The notes under the pieces are model-generated. The model was not told where the DNA came from. It was given only the letters and a program-made list of their open reading frames with translations, and made no database searches. A program made the translations under genes and the position numbers. 64,000 nucleotides of DNA from the human T2T-CHM13v2.0 reference genome, Homo sapiens, in NCBI RefSeq assembly GCF_009914755.1, contig NC_060939.1; one strand, 5' to 3'. Shown piece after piece: positions 12,620 through 25,739 of the stretch (position 1 is the stretch's first letter; each line of letters begins with the position of its first letter).

Positions 12620-14205
12620 TAAAATTGTCAAAAGATTCTGATGACAACACTTTACCCCAGAAAATAAAGTAACATACTTAAAAATTTAAGAGAAAGAAAA
12701 AATTGAACTAAGATTTTCTATCCAGCAAAATTGACTTTTAACTAGAAAGGCTGCAAGTTAATATAAGCATGCAATAACTTAAGAAATATTGTTTAAATAT
12801 GCCTTTCCTGGGTGACCTACTAAAAATGAGCTTTAGATAACTAGAATAATTGAAAAGCCATCAGCATCAGAATAAGAGGTAAGCACTAAATATACATTTA
12901 CCTGTAGAACTAAAATCAAATGATGGTTATAGAAATATGGCTGTATTCTCTGACAATTCATAGAACAACTATGAAAAATGCAGGTGATCAGAGGGATATG
13001 GAGAGTGCATAAAAAGCAGGATAAGCTGAGTAATTACATAGTAATACATATACTTAGTAGTATATGTATTACCTGAGAGTAAAAGAGTATCATTTCAAAT
13101 TAGATGCTGGAAGAGAGAAAGTAAAAATGTTAGTAGCAAATTATTTCATTATTGCTAATAGTTGAGGGCTAACTGGCAATGAGAAGAAAGGTAATACGTA
13201 AAGGTTTTAGCATAAAGGTAAACATTAGGAAAAAAAAAAACTACCAAATACTCCCTCAATACCTACATACAGAAAGTGAGAGAGAAAGAGAGATTTTGAG
13301 GAAAATAAAATGAAATAGATGACATAGTAAAAGAACATATATAGTTTCATATATTTGTGTCTATGTACAAACTTACCAACTTTATCAATAAATGTTAATG
13401 GACTTAATTCACCTATTAGAATAAAAGAGATTAAGATTGACTAACAAAGTAAAATCTAACACTATGTTGTTTTTAAAAAGATACATCAAAAACAAAGAGT
13501 TAAGCAAGATTAAAGATAAAAGGATAGACAGGATATAAATAAATTTTTAAAAAGCAGTGGTCACAATATTATTGAGCATGGTGGAATGCAAACCAAAGAG
13601 CAATAAATAAAGACACAGAGAAGAGTATTTCGTAATACTAAAGACTGCAATTCACAATGGAGGTATTTCAATGACTAATATATGTGTAAGTAATAACACA
13701 GCTACTTTAATAAAGCAGAGGCTAAAGAGAATGGAAACTAACGATAGATAATGTTAGCACATATCTCTGAATATAAGACACATAATGGGGACGAAATATT
13801 GACAAGAATATAGAAAACCTACAGAACTAAGTCAATAAAGTAGATGTAATAATCAAACTCTAATGCCAATAGTAGACAGTACACCTTGTACTTAAGTGCA
13901 CATGAAACATTTACCAAAACTGGCCACATCTTATTTTCCGGAGTGACCCCTCCAACATTCCAGGAATGGAACTAGCACAGAAAACTTCTCTGATCACAAC
14001 GCAATAAGGCTAGAAATTAGATCGTTCCACCTGGAAATTTCAAAACACATTACTAAATAATTCAGCTCAAAAGGGAAATTCAATACAAAACTGTAGAACT
14101 TAAAAAAATTGTAATAATGAAGACATAACAATACAGCAAACCAAAGGAAGAAAGAAAAAAAAAAAAAAAACAAGAGGAAAGAAAGACAATGAATTAGAAA
14201 GCAGT
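12620..14205 (+). mobile_element. Ancient L1M, left part (ORF1 end and ORF2 endonuclease remnant)
   Basis: 'agattttctatccagcaaaattga' resembles ORF1 'agaatttcatatccagccaaacta'; 'aaatgttaatggacttaattcacctatt' resembles the EN start of the young L1 at ~16240; 'tctctgatcacaacgcaataa' resembles the SDH motif. Confidence 0.75.
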
Positions 14206-14218
14206 AAAAAGAAGAACA

Positions 14219-15120
14219 GGAGGAGCCAAGATGGCTGAATACGAACAGCTCCGGTCTACAGCTCCCAGCGTGAGCGACGCAGAAGACGGGTGATTTCTGC
14301 ACTTCCATCTGAGGTACCGGGTTCATCTCACTAGGGAGTGCCAGACAGTGGGCGCAGGTCAGTGGGTGCGCGCACCGTGCGCGAGCCTAAGCAGGGCGAG
14401 GCATTGCCTCACTTGGGAAGCCCAACGGTCAGGGAGTTCCCTTTCCTAGTCAAAGAAAGGGGTGACGGACGCACCTGGAAAATCGGGTCACTCCCACCCG
14501 AATATTGAGCTTTTCGGACCGGCTTAAAAAACGGCGCACCACGAGATTGTATCCCGCACCTGGCTCGGAGGGTCCTACGCCCACGGAGTCTCGCTGATTG
14601 CTAGCACAGCAGTCTGAGATCAAACTGCAAGGCGGCAGCCAGGCTGGGGGAGGGACGCCCGCCATTGCCCAGGCTTGATTAGGTAAACAAAGCAGCCGGG
14701 AAGCTCGAACTGGGTGGAGCCCACCACAGCTCAAGGTGGCCTGCCTGCCTCTGTAGGCTCCACCTCTGGGGGCAGGGCACAGACAAACAAAAAGACAGCA
14801 GTAACCTCTGCAGACTTAAATGTCCCTATCTAACAGCTTTGAAGAGAGCAGTGGTTCTCCCAGTACGCAGCTGGAGATCTGAGAACGGGCAGACTGCCTC
14901 CTCAAGTGGGTCCCTGACCCCTGACCCCCGAGCAGCCTAACTGGGAGGCACCCCCCAGCAGGGGCACACTGATACCTCACAAGGCAAGGTATTCCAACAG
15001 ACCTGCAGCTGAGGGTCCTGTCTGTTAGAAGGAAAACTAACAAACAGAAAGGACATCCACAGCAAAAACCCATCTGTACCTCACCATCATCAAAGAGCAA
15101 AAGTAGATAAAACCACAAAG
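14219..15120 (+). promoter_or_regulatory. L1 5'UTR: CpG-rich internal sense promoter and antisense promoter
   Basis: YY1-type CAAGATGGC at 14227; densest CpG cluster in the window (~14250-14720); colinear with the known L1PA2/L1HS 5'UTR. Confidence 0.9.
14450..14665 (-). CDS. ORF0: L1 antisense ORF0, 71 aa, intact
   Basis: MAGVPPPAWLPPCSLISDCCASNQRDSVGVGPSEPG...RFSRCVRHPFL*; ATG at 14665 in context GGGCAATGG. Confidence 0.85.
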   Translation of the reverse strand: MAGVPPPAWLPPCSLISDCCASNQRDSVGVGPSEPGAGYNLVVRRFLSRSEKLNIRVGVTRFSRCVRHPFL

Positions 15121-16137
15121 ATGGGGAAAAAACAGAACAGAAAAACTGGATACTCTAAAACGCAGAGCGCCTCTCCTCCTCCAAAGGAACGCAGTTCCTC
15201 ACCAGCAACGGAACAAAGCTGGATGGAGAATGACTTTGACGAGCTGAGAGAAGAAGGCTTCAGATGATCAAATTACTCTGAGCTATGGGAGGACATTCAA
15301 ACCAAAGGCAAAGAAGTTGAAAACTTTGAAAAAAATTTAGAAGAATGTATAACTAGAATAACCAATACAGAGAAGTGCTTAAAGGAGCTGATGGAGCTGA
15401 AAACCAAGGCTCGAGAACTACGTGAAGAATGCAGAAGCCTCAGGAGCCGATGCGATCAACTGGAAGAAAGGGTATCAGCGATGGAAGATGAAATGAATGA
15501 AATGAAGTGAGAAGGGAAGTTTAGAGAAAAAAGAATAAAAAGAAATGAGCAAAGCCTCCAAGAAATATGGGACTATGTGAAAAGACCAAATCTACGTCTG
15601 ATTGGTGTACCTGAAAGTGATGGGGAGAATGGAACCAAGTTGGAAAACACTCTGCAGGATATTATCCAGGAGAACTTCCCCAATCTAGCAAGGCAGGCCA
15701 ACGTTCAGAATCAGGAAATACAGAGAACGCCACAAAGATACTCCTGGAGAAGACCAACTCCAAGACACATAATTGTCAGATTCACCAAAGTTGAAATGAA
15801 GGAAAAAATGTTAAGGGCAGCCAGAGAGAAAGGTCGGGTTACCCTCAAAGGGAAGCCCATCAGACTAACAGCGGATCTCTCGGCAGAAACCCTACAAGCC
15901 AGAAGAGAGTGGGGGCCAATATTCCACATTCTTAAAGAAAAGAATTTTCAACCCAGAATTTCATATCCAGCCAAACTAAGCTTCATAAGTGAAGGAGAAA
16001 TAAAATACTTTACAGACAAGCAAATGCTGAGAGATTTTGTCACCACCAGGCCTGCCCTAAAAGAGCTCCTGAAGGAAGCGCTAAACATGGAAAGGAACAA
16101 CCGGTACCAGTCGCTGCAAAATCATGCCAAAATGTAA
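15121..16137 (+). pseudogene. ORF1: L1 ORF1p (RNA-binding chaperone), 338-codon frame with two nonsense codons
   Basis: Frame preserved over 1017 nt; TGA at codon 49 (15265-15267) and codon 130 (15508-15510); RRM/CTD part open 15577-16137. Confidence 0.95.
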
Positions 16138-16200
16138 AGACCATCGAGACTAGGAAGAAACTGCATCAACTAACGAGCAAAATCACCAGCTAACATCATA

Positions 16201-17331
16201 ATGACAGGATCAAATTCACACATAACAATATTAACTTTAAATGTAAATGGACTAAATGCTCCAATTAAAAGACACAGACTGGCAAATTGGATAAAGAGTC
16301 AAGACCCATCAGTGTGCTGTATTCAGGAAACCCATCTCACGTGCAGAGACACACATAGGCTCAAAATAAAAGGATGGAGGAAGATCTACCAAGCAAATGG
16401 AAAACAAAAAAAGGCAGGGGTTGCAATCCTAGTCTCTGATAAAACAGACTTTAAACCAACAAAGATCAAAAGAGACAAAGAAGGCCATTACATAATGGTA
16501 AAGGGATCAATTCAACAAGAAGAGCTAACTATCCTAAATATATATGCACTCAACACAGGAGCACCCAGATTCGTAAAGCAAGTCCTGAGTGACCTACAAA
16601 GAGACTTAGACTCCCACACATTAATAATGGGAGACTTTAACACCCCACTGTCAACATTAGACAGATCAACGAGACAGAAAGTCAACAAGGATACCCAGGA
16701 ATTGAACTCAGCTCTGCACCAAGCGGACCTAATAGACATCTACAGAACTCTCCACCCCAAATCAACAGAATATACATTTTTTTCAGCACCACACCACACC
16801 TATTCCAAAATTGACCACATACTTGGAAGTAAAGCTCTCCTCAGCAAATGTAAAAGAACAGAGATTATAACAAATTATCTCTCAGACCACAGTGCAATGA
16901 AACTAGAACTCAGGATTAAGAATCTCACTCAAAACCGCTCAACTACATGGAAACTGAACAACCTGCTCCTGAATGACTTCTGGGTACATAAGAAAATGAA
17001 GGTAGAAAGGAAGATGTTCTTTGAAACCAACGAGAACAAAGACACAACATACCAGAATCTCTGGGACGCATTCAAAGCAGTGTGTAGAGGGAAATTTATA
17101 GCACTAAATGCCCACAAGAGAAAGCAGGAAAGATCCAAAATTGACACCCTAACATCACAATTAAAAGAACTAGAAAAGCAAGAGCAAACACATTCAAAAG
17201 CTAGCAGAAGGCAAGAAATAACTAAAATCAGAGCAGAACTGAAGGAAATAGAGACACAAAAAACCATTCAAAAAATTAATGAATCCAGGAGCTGTTTTCT
17301 GAAAAGATCAACAAAATTGATAGACCACTAG
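16201..17331 (+). CDS. ORF2 N-terminal fragment with complete APE-like endonuclease domain, 376 aa
   Basis: Motifs [26 protein letters not shown] and SDH all present. Confidence 0.6.
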   Translation: MTGSNSHITILTLNVNGLNAPIKRHRLANWIKSQDPSVCCIQETHLTCRDTHRLKIKGWRKIYQANGKQKKAGVAILVSDKTDFKPTKIKRDKEGHYIMVKGSIQQEELTILNIYALNTGAPRFVKQVLSDLQRDLDSHTLIMGDFNTPLSTLDRSTRQKVNKDTQELNSALHQADLIDIYRTLHPKSTEYTFFSAPHHTYSKIDHILGSKALLSKCKRTEIITNYLSDHSAMKLELRIKNLTQNRSTTWKLNNLLLNDFWVHKKMKVERKMFFETNENKDTTYQNLWDAFKAVCRGKFIALNAHKRKQERSKIDTLTSQLKELEKQEQTHSKASRRQEITKIRAELKEIETQKTIQKINESRSCFLKRSTKLIDH

Positions 17332-17389
17332 CAAGACTAATAAAGAAAAAAAGAGAGAAGAATCTAATAGACGCAATAAAAAATGATAA

Positions 17390-19678
<2,289 letters not shown>

Positions 19679-20268
19679 AAGTCAGTGTGGCGATTCCTCA
19701 GGGATCTAGAACTAGAAATACCATTTGACCCAGCCATCCCATTACTGGGTATATACCCAAAGGACTATAAATCATGCTGCTATAAAGACACATGCACACG
19801 TATGTTTATTGCGGCATTATTCACAATAGCAAAGACTTGGAACCAACCCAGATGTCCAACAGTGATAGACTGGATTAAGAAAATGTGGCACATATACACC
19901 ATGGAACACTATGCAGCCATAAATAATGATGAGTTCATGTCCTTTGTAGGGACATGGATGAAATTGGAAATCATCATTCTCAGTAAACTATCGCAAGAAC
20001 AAAAAACCAAACACCGCATATTCTCACTCATAGGTGGGAATTGAACAATGAGATCACATGGACACAGGAAGGGGAATATCACACTCTGGGGACTGTGGTG
20101 GGGTGCGGGGAGAGGGGAGGGATAGCATTGGGAGATATACCTAATGCTAGATGACGAGTTAGTGGGTGCAGCGCACCAGCATGGCACATGTATACATATG
20201 TAACTAACCTGCACAATGTGCACACATACCCTAAAACATAAAGTATAATAATAATAAAAAAAAGAACA

Positions 20269-20805
20269 AAGAAAGAAATGCAAAAGATACTTTTAACAAA
20301 ATAATCAATAAAACAAACAAACCACTAACAAATCTAATCAAGAAGCAAAGGGAAAATTCACAAATACACAAAATCAAAAATGAAAGGGGAAGGAAAATGA
20401 CTATCAGTAGAGAGGAAATTTAAGAAGTCTTAAGCGATTATAATGCTCAGTCTATACAAATTAGTTTGAAAATCTAGATTAAACAAGTAATTCTCTGGAA
20501 AACTTGGTAGTGATAGAAAGAGTAAGTAGACAATTATAGTAGAAATAGGGAAAGAAAAGCCATTAGACAAAATTAAATGTCCATTTATGTAAAAATACTT
20601 AATAAAATAGGATTGCTGGATATTTCTTTGATATGACAAAATACATAAACCTTGGCTCCAAAGCCAACAACCTACTTAATTCAGAAACATCAGTGATTTC
20701 CCATCAAAATAAGGAAAACAACAAGGATGCCCACTGTTACCAACAACTATTTAACATTGAGTTGAACATATTTACCAATGCAATTAAGCCAAATGGAAAC
20801 ACCAA
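20269..20805 (+). mobile_element. Ancient L1M, right part (ORF2 remnant)
   Basis: 'aatcaataaaacaaacaaaccactaacaaatctaatcaagaag' and 'aaaagccattagacaaaattaaatgtccatttatg' align by eye to young ORF2 at ~17310 and ~18020. Confidence 0.75.
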
Positions 20806-20806
20806 G

Positions 20807-21016
20807 TCCTGGGTTTAAGCGATTCTCCTGCCTCAGCCTCCCGAGTTGCCGGGATTACAGGCATGTGCCACCACGCCTGGCTAATTTTGTATTTTTGGTA
20901 GAGACGGGGCTTCTCCATGTTGGTCAGGCTTGTCTCGAACTCCCAACCTCAGGTGATCCACCCGCCTCGGCCTCCCAAAGTGCTAGAATTAGAAGCGTGA
21001 GCCACCGTGCCTGGCC
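20807..21016 (-). mobile_element. AluS (AluSp-like) lacking its 3' end and poly-A
   Basis: Alu left arm, linker and part of right arm; 'ctccatgttggtcaggct' is Sp-like. Confidence 0.92.
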
Positions 21017-21116
21017 TGTTACTATTATAATATCATTCATTCTATAAACAATGAGTGCTACTGGGTGACAGAGCATGTGGGAGGTGCTGGGTATATAGCA
21101 GTGATCAATAATCTTT

Positions 21117-21550
21117 GTATTCATCAGGTCTCAGTGGTTGTAAGAGCTAAATATTTACACAAAGGACGCTCACCACAGGGTAACAGGAACAGGGAACTTC
21201 TGAAATTTATTTGTAGGAAGAACTACACCAGCCTTTTTTGGTTGCCACATCTGGAACAAAAGGATTTCATCCACTTGTTCTGCCTTTGCTTCATTCAGCT
21301 TTAAGTTCAGGACCTCAGAAGAGATTAATTGGTTGAGCTAAAGAAACCTGCCCATCCTGTGGCCATACTGTGGTAATGATAGAGGAATTGATCTGGTGGT
21401 AGGCGCTTCAAGCATGCTTAGGGCATCTGAAGGAAGAGGACAAATTAATTCATTGTTTCTGCAGGAATGCACAAAAGAAAACTAGGGTGCTCTCATGGTA
21501 GCAGTAGATGCTGGACAGCAAAAAAAGAAAAGAAAAAAAAGAAATGTTGC
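21117..21550 (-). mobile_element. MLT1 (MLT1J/K-like) MaLR solo LTR
   Basis: Ends 'tgtattcatcaggtctcagtggttgtaag' and 'agggtgct...gatgctggacagcaaaaa' resemble reverse-complemented MLT1 termini. Confidence 0.55.
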
Positions 21551-22669
21551 TGATCTCCAAAGGTTGATGACGTCTTTGTAATTGACCACTTGAATGACTT
21601 CTTTGTACTTGACCACTTGGATTTGTCTGCCATATAAGTCTATGCTGAATGTGAGGCCACCTTATCTGGTGAAAAATAACCAGTATAAAATCTGTCATAA
21701 AGTGGTCACCAACTCTGCTTACTCCCTATAGTAATTTAGAGCTATGCTCTGATCATCTTCTACCTAAATCATCTTTTCTTTCAATAAAGTAGTGTGTGGT
21801 AGCACTGAACCATATACCTGTTTTCCTTCTAAATGCACCCGTGGTAAGGTATCTTTTATAGGTAAGACTTCTTAAGTAGAAGAGAAATAGCCAGTGCCAC
21901 CATGCTCCTACAGAATAAACAGGGCAGGCCTGATGGGAGGGCTCGGGCTCTCAGATGCAGCAGGGTTAGTTTCTGCCACGCACTGGGATTGGAATTCCTG
22001 TTGTGCATCCGGATCATGTACAGAATTTCGGCTGACTTCAAAGAGAGGGATTTTGAGAAGAGAGAGTTAGTTGCCAAAAGGAGAAAGCAAGGCATTAATC
22101 TTTGATAAGCTCCATTTACTAATTTATAAAGGCAATGGGAATTGGGGTGAGGTTAAAAAGTAAAAGCTGAGGGAACTATCTGTAGTGAATGCTAATGATT
22201 TTCTGACCATGTCATGAACTGTGCTTTTTTTTTTTTTTGGTGGGGGTTGAGGTGGGGAACTATAGCATGATTATAAAACGTTACATACTATTTAGTAGTT
22301 TATAAGTGTTTGTAAGATTTTTTTAAAAACTAGTTCTGACCCCTTAAAATGGAAGAGCTATTTGCTAGAAGGGGCTTGTAAATCACAGCAGTTACAGGAG
22401 ACATGTTTAGAATTCAGAGTCAACAGAGAGAGATTAGCATAGACAGCAATGCAAACAGTGTTTCCATTTTTTTGTTCATCTTCTTTATATCAACACAGAG
22501 AAGACTGGGAATGAAAGGCAAGAAGCTCCAGAAAGAATCTGGAGAAATTTACAGAAGAAAGAGAACCAATAACCATGCCCCAGGTATAAAGAACACAAAC
22601 ATCTAGGTAGGAACTATTTCAAACAGTTAAGTATGGATGACGTTTATTTATTCTTAAGGATTTTTATTT

Positions 22670-22900
22670 CTTTTAGCATGTTATTCTTTCAGTCATAGGC
22701 ATATTTGGGGGACCCAGTACGTCACGTACTGTCCAAGGTGCTGGGGAGAGGAAACAACAATAAAAGATAGGCATGGTTTGTGCCCTAACAGATCTTATGG
22801 TCTGACAGGCAAGAGACATTGAACAAGTAATTACAGTCGCATGTGATGAATGTCAAGCCGGGCTGATACACAGTTCTTTTGGAACAAGCAGCTAGGGGAC
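22670..22900 (-). mobile_element. L2 3' fragment
   Basis: 'aggtgctgggga...aaagataggcatggtttgtgccctaacagatcttatggtctgacagg' L2 tail pattern. Confidence 0.6.
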
Positions 22901-23004
22901 ACTGGACCATTTTGTTTCTTGAGAGAACTAGAGTGTAGCTGATAGACTCTGCTCAAAAATTGTCTATTCAATTTTCAGGTTTGGATGTTGACATATATAT
23001 ACTT

Positions 23005-23150
23005 TACACATCTTGCATCTTTTAATCCTCAAAACGACCCTGCTGAATAGATGCGTGTTTTCCCATTTATCGACCAGAAAATTTAAACTCAAGGTAGCTA
23101 AATTAACATGCCCTTTTCACACACATAATAAAAGCTAAGGCTGTAAAAAT
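23005..23150 (-). mobile_element. MIR fragment
   Basis: 'tttaatcctcaaaacgaccctg...cccatttatcgaccagaaaatttaaactca'. Confidence 0.65.
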
Positions 23151-23757
23151 GGACCTGCTTCAAAAACAAGCTGATTTTAGGATTTTTTTTTAAAAGATGA
23201 GTAACAGACTGACAAAGGGAGATCACTAAAGGAACATTTCAATGGTTAATTACACCAATATAAAGGTGAAGGGTTATACCTAAGGTCACGTAGGCTTTGG
23301 TTTTGGTTTTACAGTTAAATTAACATAAAAATGAAGTCTTACTCTTAGGCTAACTTAGGCTTTGGTTTTACAATAGATCAAAGGTGATCTGTTGCCCAGA
23401 CTTTGGCCTTATTTTTGTGCCCAACTCTATAATACATATCCAAATTCAGGTGCCTAAACCGAAGGCCCCAGATCTAGGTCCCAGGGTTTCCCAGAGTTAT
23501 TTTGCCCATCTGTGCTTATTTGCTTTCTCTTTCATTCATGCAGATACTTTCCTGAGTGAACTTTTGGTGTCCCCTTTCATAATATAAGCTCCAGAAAGCG
23601 GAAGTTCAATTAAACCAGAAAAACCTGTTTAATTGAAGCCAACCATTGTTTATTGAACACTGATTGGTGGAAAGCACTGTGGTAAGTGTTGAGGAAACAA
23701 GCTTGGTAAGACACAGTCTGTGCCTTATGTTTGCTTCCCACTCTCATCAGTCTTGAC

Positions 23758-23973
23758 CAGGGATTGGCAAATGTTTTCTTAAAGGTTCAGATAGTAAATA
23801 TTTTAGACTTGTGGGCCATATAGTCTCTATCAAAACTATTCAACTCTGCAGCTGAAGCATGAAAGTAACCAAAAACAATACATGAATGGATGGGTGTGGT
23901 TGTGTTCCAATAAAACTTTTTTTACCAAAAACAGATAGCAGGCTGAATTCAGCTTATGGTTTGCAGACCTCTC
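23758..23973 (+). mobile_element. MER58A hAT-Charlie MITE
   Basis: CAGGGATTGGCAAA...TTTGCAGACCTCTC termini, MER58A body, perfect 8-bp TSD GTCTTGAC (23750-23757, 23974-23981). Confidence 0.9.
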
Positions 23974-24337
23974 GTCTTGACCATTTCTGGTTAGTGCATC
24001 AAGCCACCAGCTGAGCTTCAGTTTTTATATAACAGTGATAGTCATGATATGAATTGGGAGCTTATCAGAATCTCTGAGCATAAGATTATAACATAAACAT
24101 CTCTCCATCCTTTTATTTATTATGCATTAAACAAAAAACTTTCTCTGCCTACCCCTTTAAAGACTCATTCAACCACCACTCTGCTCCAGCAGAGAAAAAG
24201 ATGTGTGTTTTGGTTTCCTCCACAAGGAATGATTAGGGAAATGGTTAGAGACTTGCTGTATAACATTAGAGACTTGCTCAGATAAATAGGCCTTCACTTT
24301 AACTGTGGTATAAATGAAGCAGCCGAGAGAATGACAG

Positions 24338-24990
24338 CATCATTAATTCAAGGAATATTTATTGAGCACCTACTATGTGAAAGGTCCTGGAATACAGGTA
24401 TTAGAGAAGTGGTAAACAAAAGACACAGGCTCTCCATCTCTTATAAAGCTTAGAATCTGACTAGGAGACACACAATCTGTACATAAACACAAAAGATATA
24501 AATGATTATTAATTAAAAAAGAAAATGAGTAATATGAAAGAAATTCACAGTTTGTCATGAGAATAAATATGGAGTGAACCTAATGAAGCTTGGAGGTCAA
24601 GGAGGATCTGTTTAAGGAAATGACCTTTAAACTAAGACCTGAAAAATGGGCAGAAATTAGGTGAAGAGTAGGCAATGGGAAAGATTACAGGTTAAATGGG
24701 TGTCACTTGAAAAGATTTGTGAAGGTTCTGAGGCAAGAAGGAGCTTGGCCTGGTCTGGGGAATGGAGGATGGCCAGTGAGACTGGAGGTCAGAATACGGG
24801 GAGGTGACTGGCAAAAATGAAGCTGGAGAGGAGAGAGGTCAAACCACAAGCCTAAGAGCACTTGTTAAGCATTTTGTATTGTATCCTAAATGCAATGAGA
24901 AGATGTTGAAATAATTCACGCAGAATTGGCATGTTTAGATTTACATATGTAAAGATCGTACTGACTGCTGTAAGAAATATGTCTTGGAAA
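24338..24990 (-). mobile_element. L2 (L2a/b) 3' region
   Basis: 'atatttattgagcacctactatgtg' tail and colinear purine-rich L2 body. Confidence 0.85.
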
Positions 24991-25429
24991 GGAAATTTGA
25001 TCAAACCCACTCTCAGCCTTTCTCTTTCCAGCACCTTCTCTGGGCAAAACACCCTTGGCAACTGCACCCAGAATCAGGAGATGCGTAAAGGAAGAAAGTC
25101 ATATCTCCCTTCCGTAGATTTATTACCTGTCCATAAATAACCTGGAGACATTTATCACCATGAATTTGGTTACTTATGCAAACATACAATTCTTATGCTA
25201 TGTAAAAATTAAACACAAAAGTCAGTCCTATGTATAAATCACAGAATCACTATAAAAAACAATTACCTTAAGAGTCAGACATAAGATGGTCTAGATAAAG
25301 AAAGCAGGGAGCCAGAGGTGGAAAACTCCCTTGAAGAAGATTCTGCTAAACCCAATAAAAGGTATCAATGAAAGAGGTGGTAAAATTAGATGTAGGATAC
25401 CAATTCAGATATGGAAGATGACTTAGAAT

Positions 25430-25468
25430 ACACAGACACACACACACACACACACAAACACACGCACA
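25430..25468. repeat. Imperfect (CA)n microsatellite
   Basis: Directly visible. Confidence 0.9.
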
Positions 25469-25706
25469 TGTACATGCAATATGCTAGGCAGGAAACTTCT
25501 GATCCTGTCTGGCAGTTGGTCTCTATTTAGTATAATAGTCTTTTGAGATCAGAGTGGGAAAGGGAGGAATTGAAGTGACCATTCAGCCATCTGCTGCTGA
25601 GCATATTCAGGGAAAAGACAGAAAATTCGTTGTTTGGAATGCCTTGCAAGTGTCACCTGACACTGACATTTTTAGACTATCCTCAACTGAATTATTCTAT
25701 ACCTAT

Positions 25707-25708
<2 letters not shown>

Positions 25709-25737
<29 letters not shown>
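25709..25737. repeat. (TG)n microsatellite
   Basis: Directly visible. Confidence 0.95.

Positions 25738-25739
<2 letters not shown>

Noticed and set aside
13994-15118. Minus-strand ORFs of 110 and 100 aa, and the 23-aa N-terminal extension of ORF0
   Set aside because: Antisense read-through of the L1 5'UTR and poly-A tract; the extension starts at a non-ATG codon.
20087-20121. G-quadruplex-like G tracts
   Set aside because: Standard feature of the L1PA 3'UTR.
20269-20805. Possible L1 3' transduction
   Set aside because: The TSD closes at 20268 and the flank is the pre-existing old L1M.
20778-21124. 89-aa and 66-aa ORFs
   Set aside because: Alu-derived translations; the same applies to ORFs at 46993-47248.
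23291-24278. Short direct repeats (TAGGCTTTGGTTTT, TTAGAGACTTGCT) as CRISPR-like arrays
   Set aside because: Only two copies each, no regular spacers, eukaryotic context.
25430-25737. (CA)n and (TG)n as an inverted pair
   Set aside because: Common microsatellites; proximity is plausibly chance.
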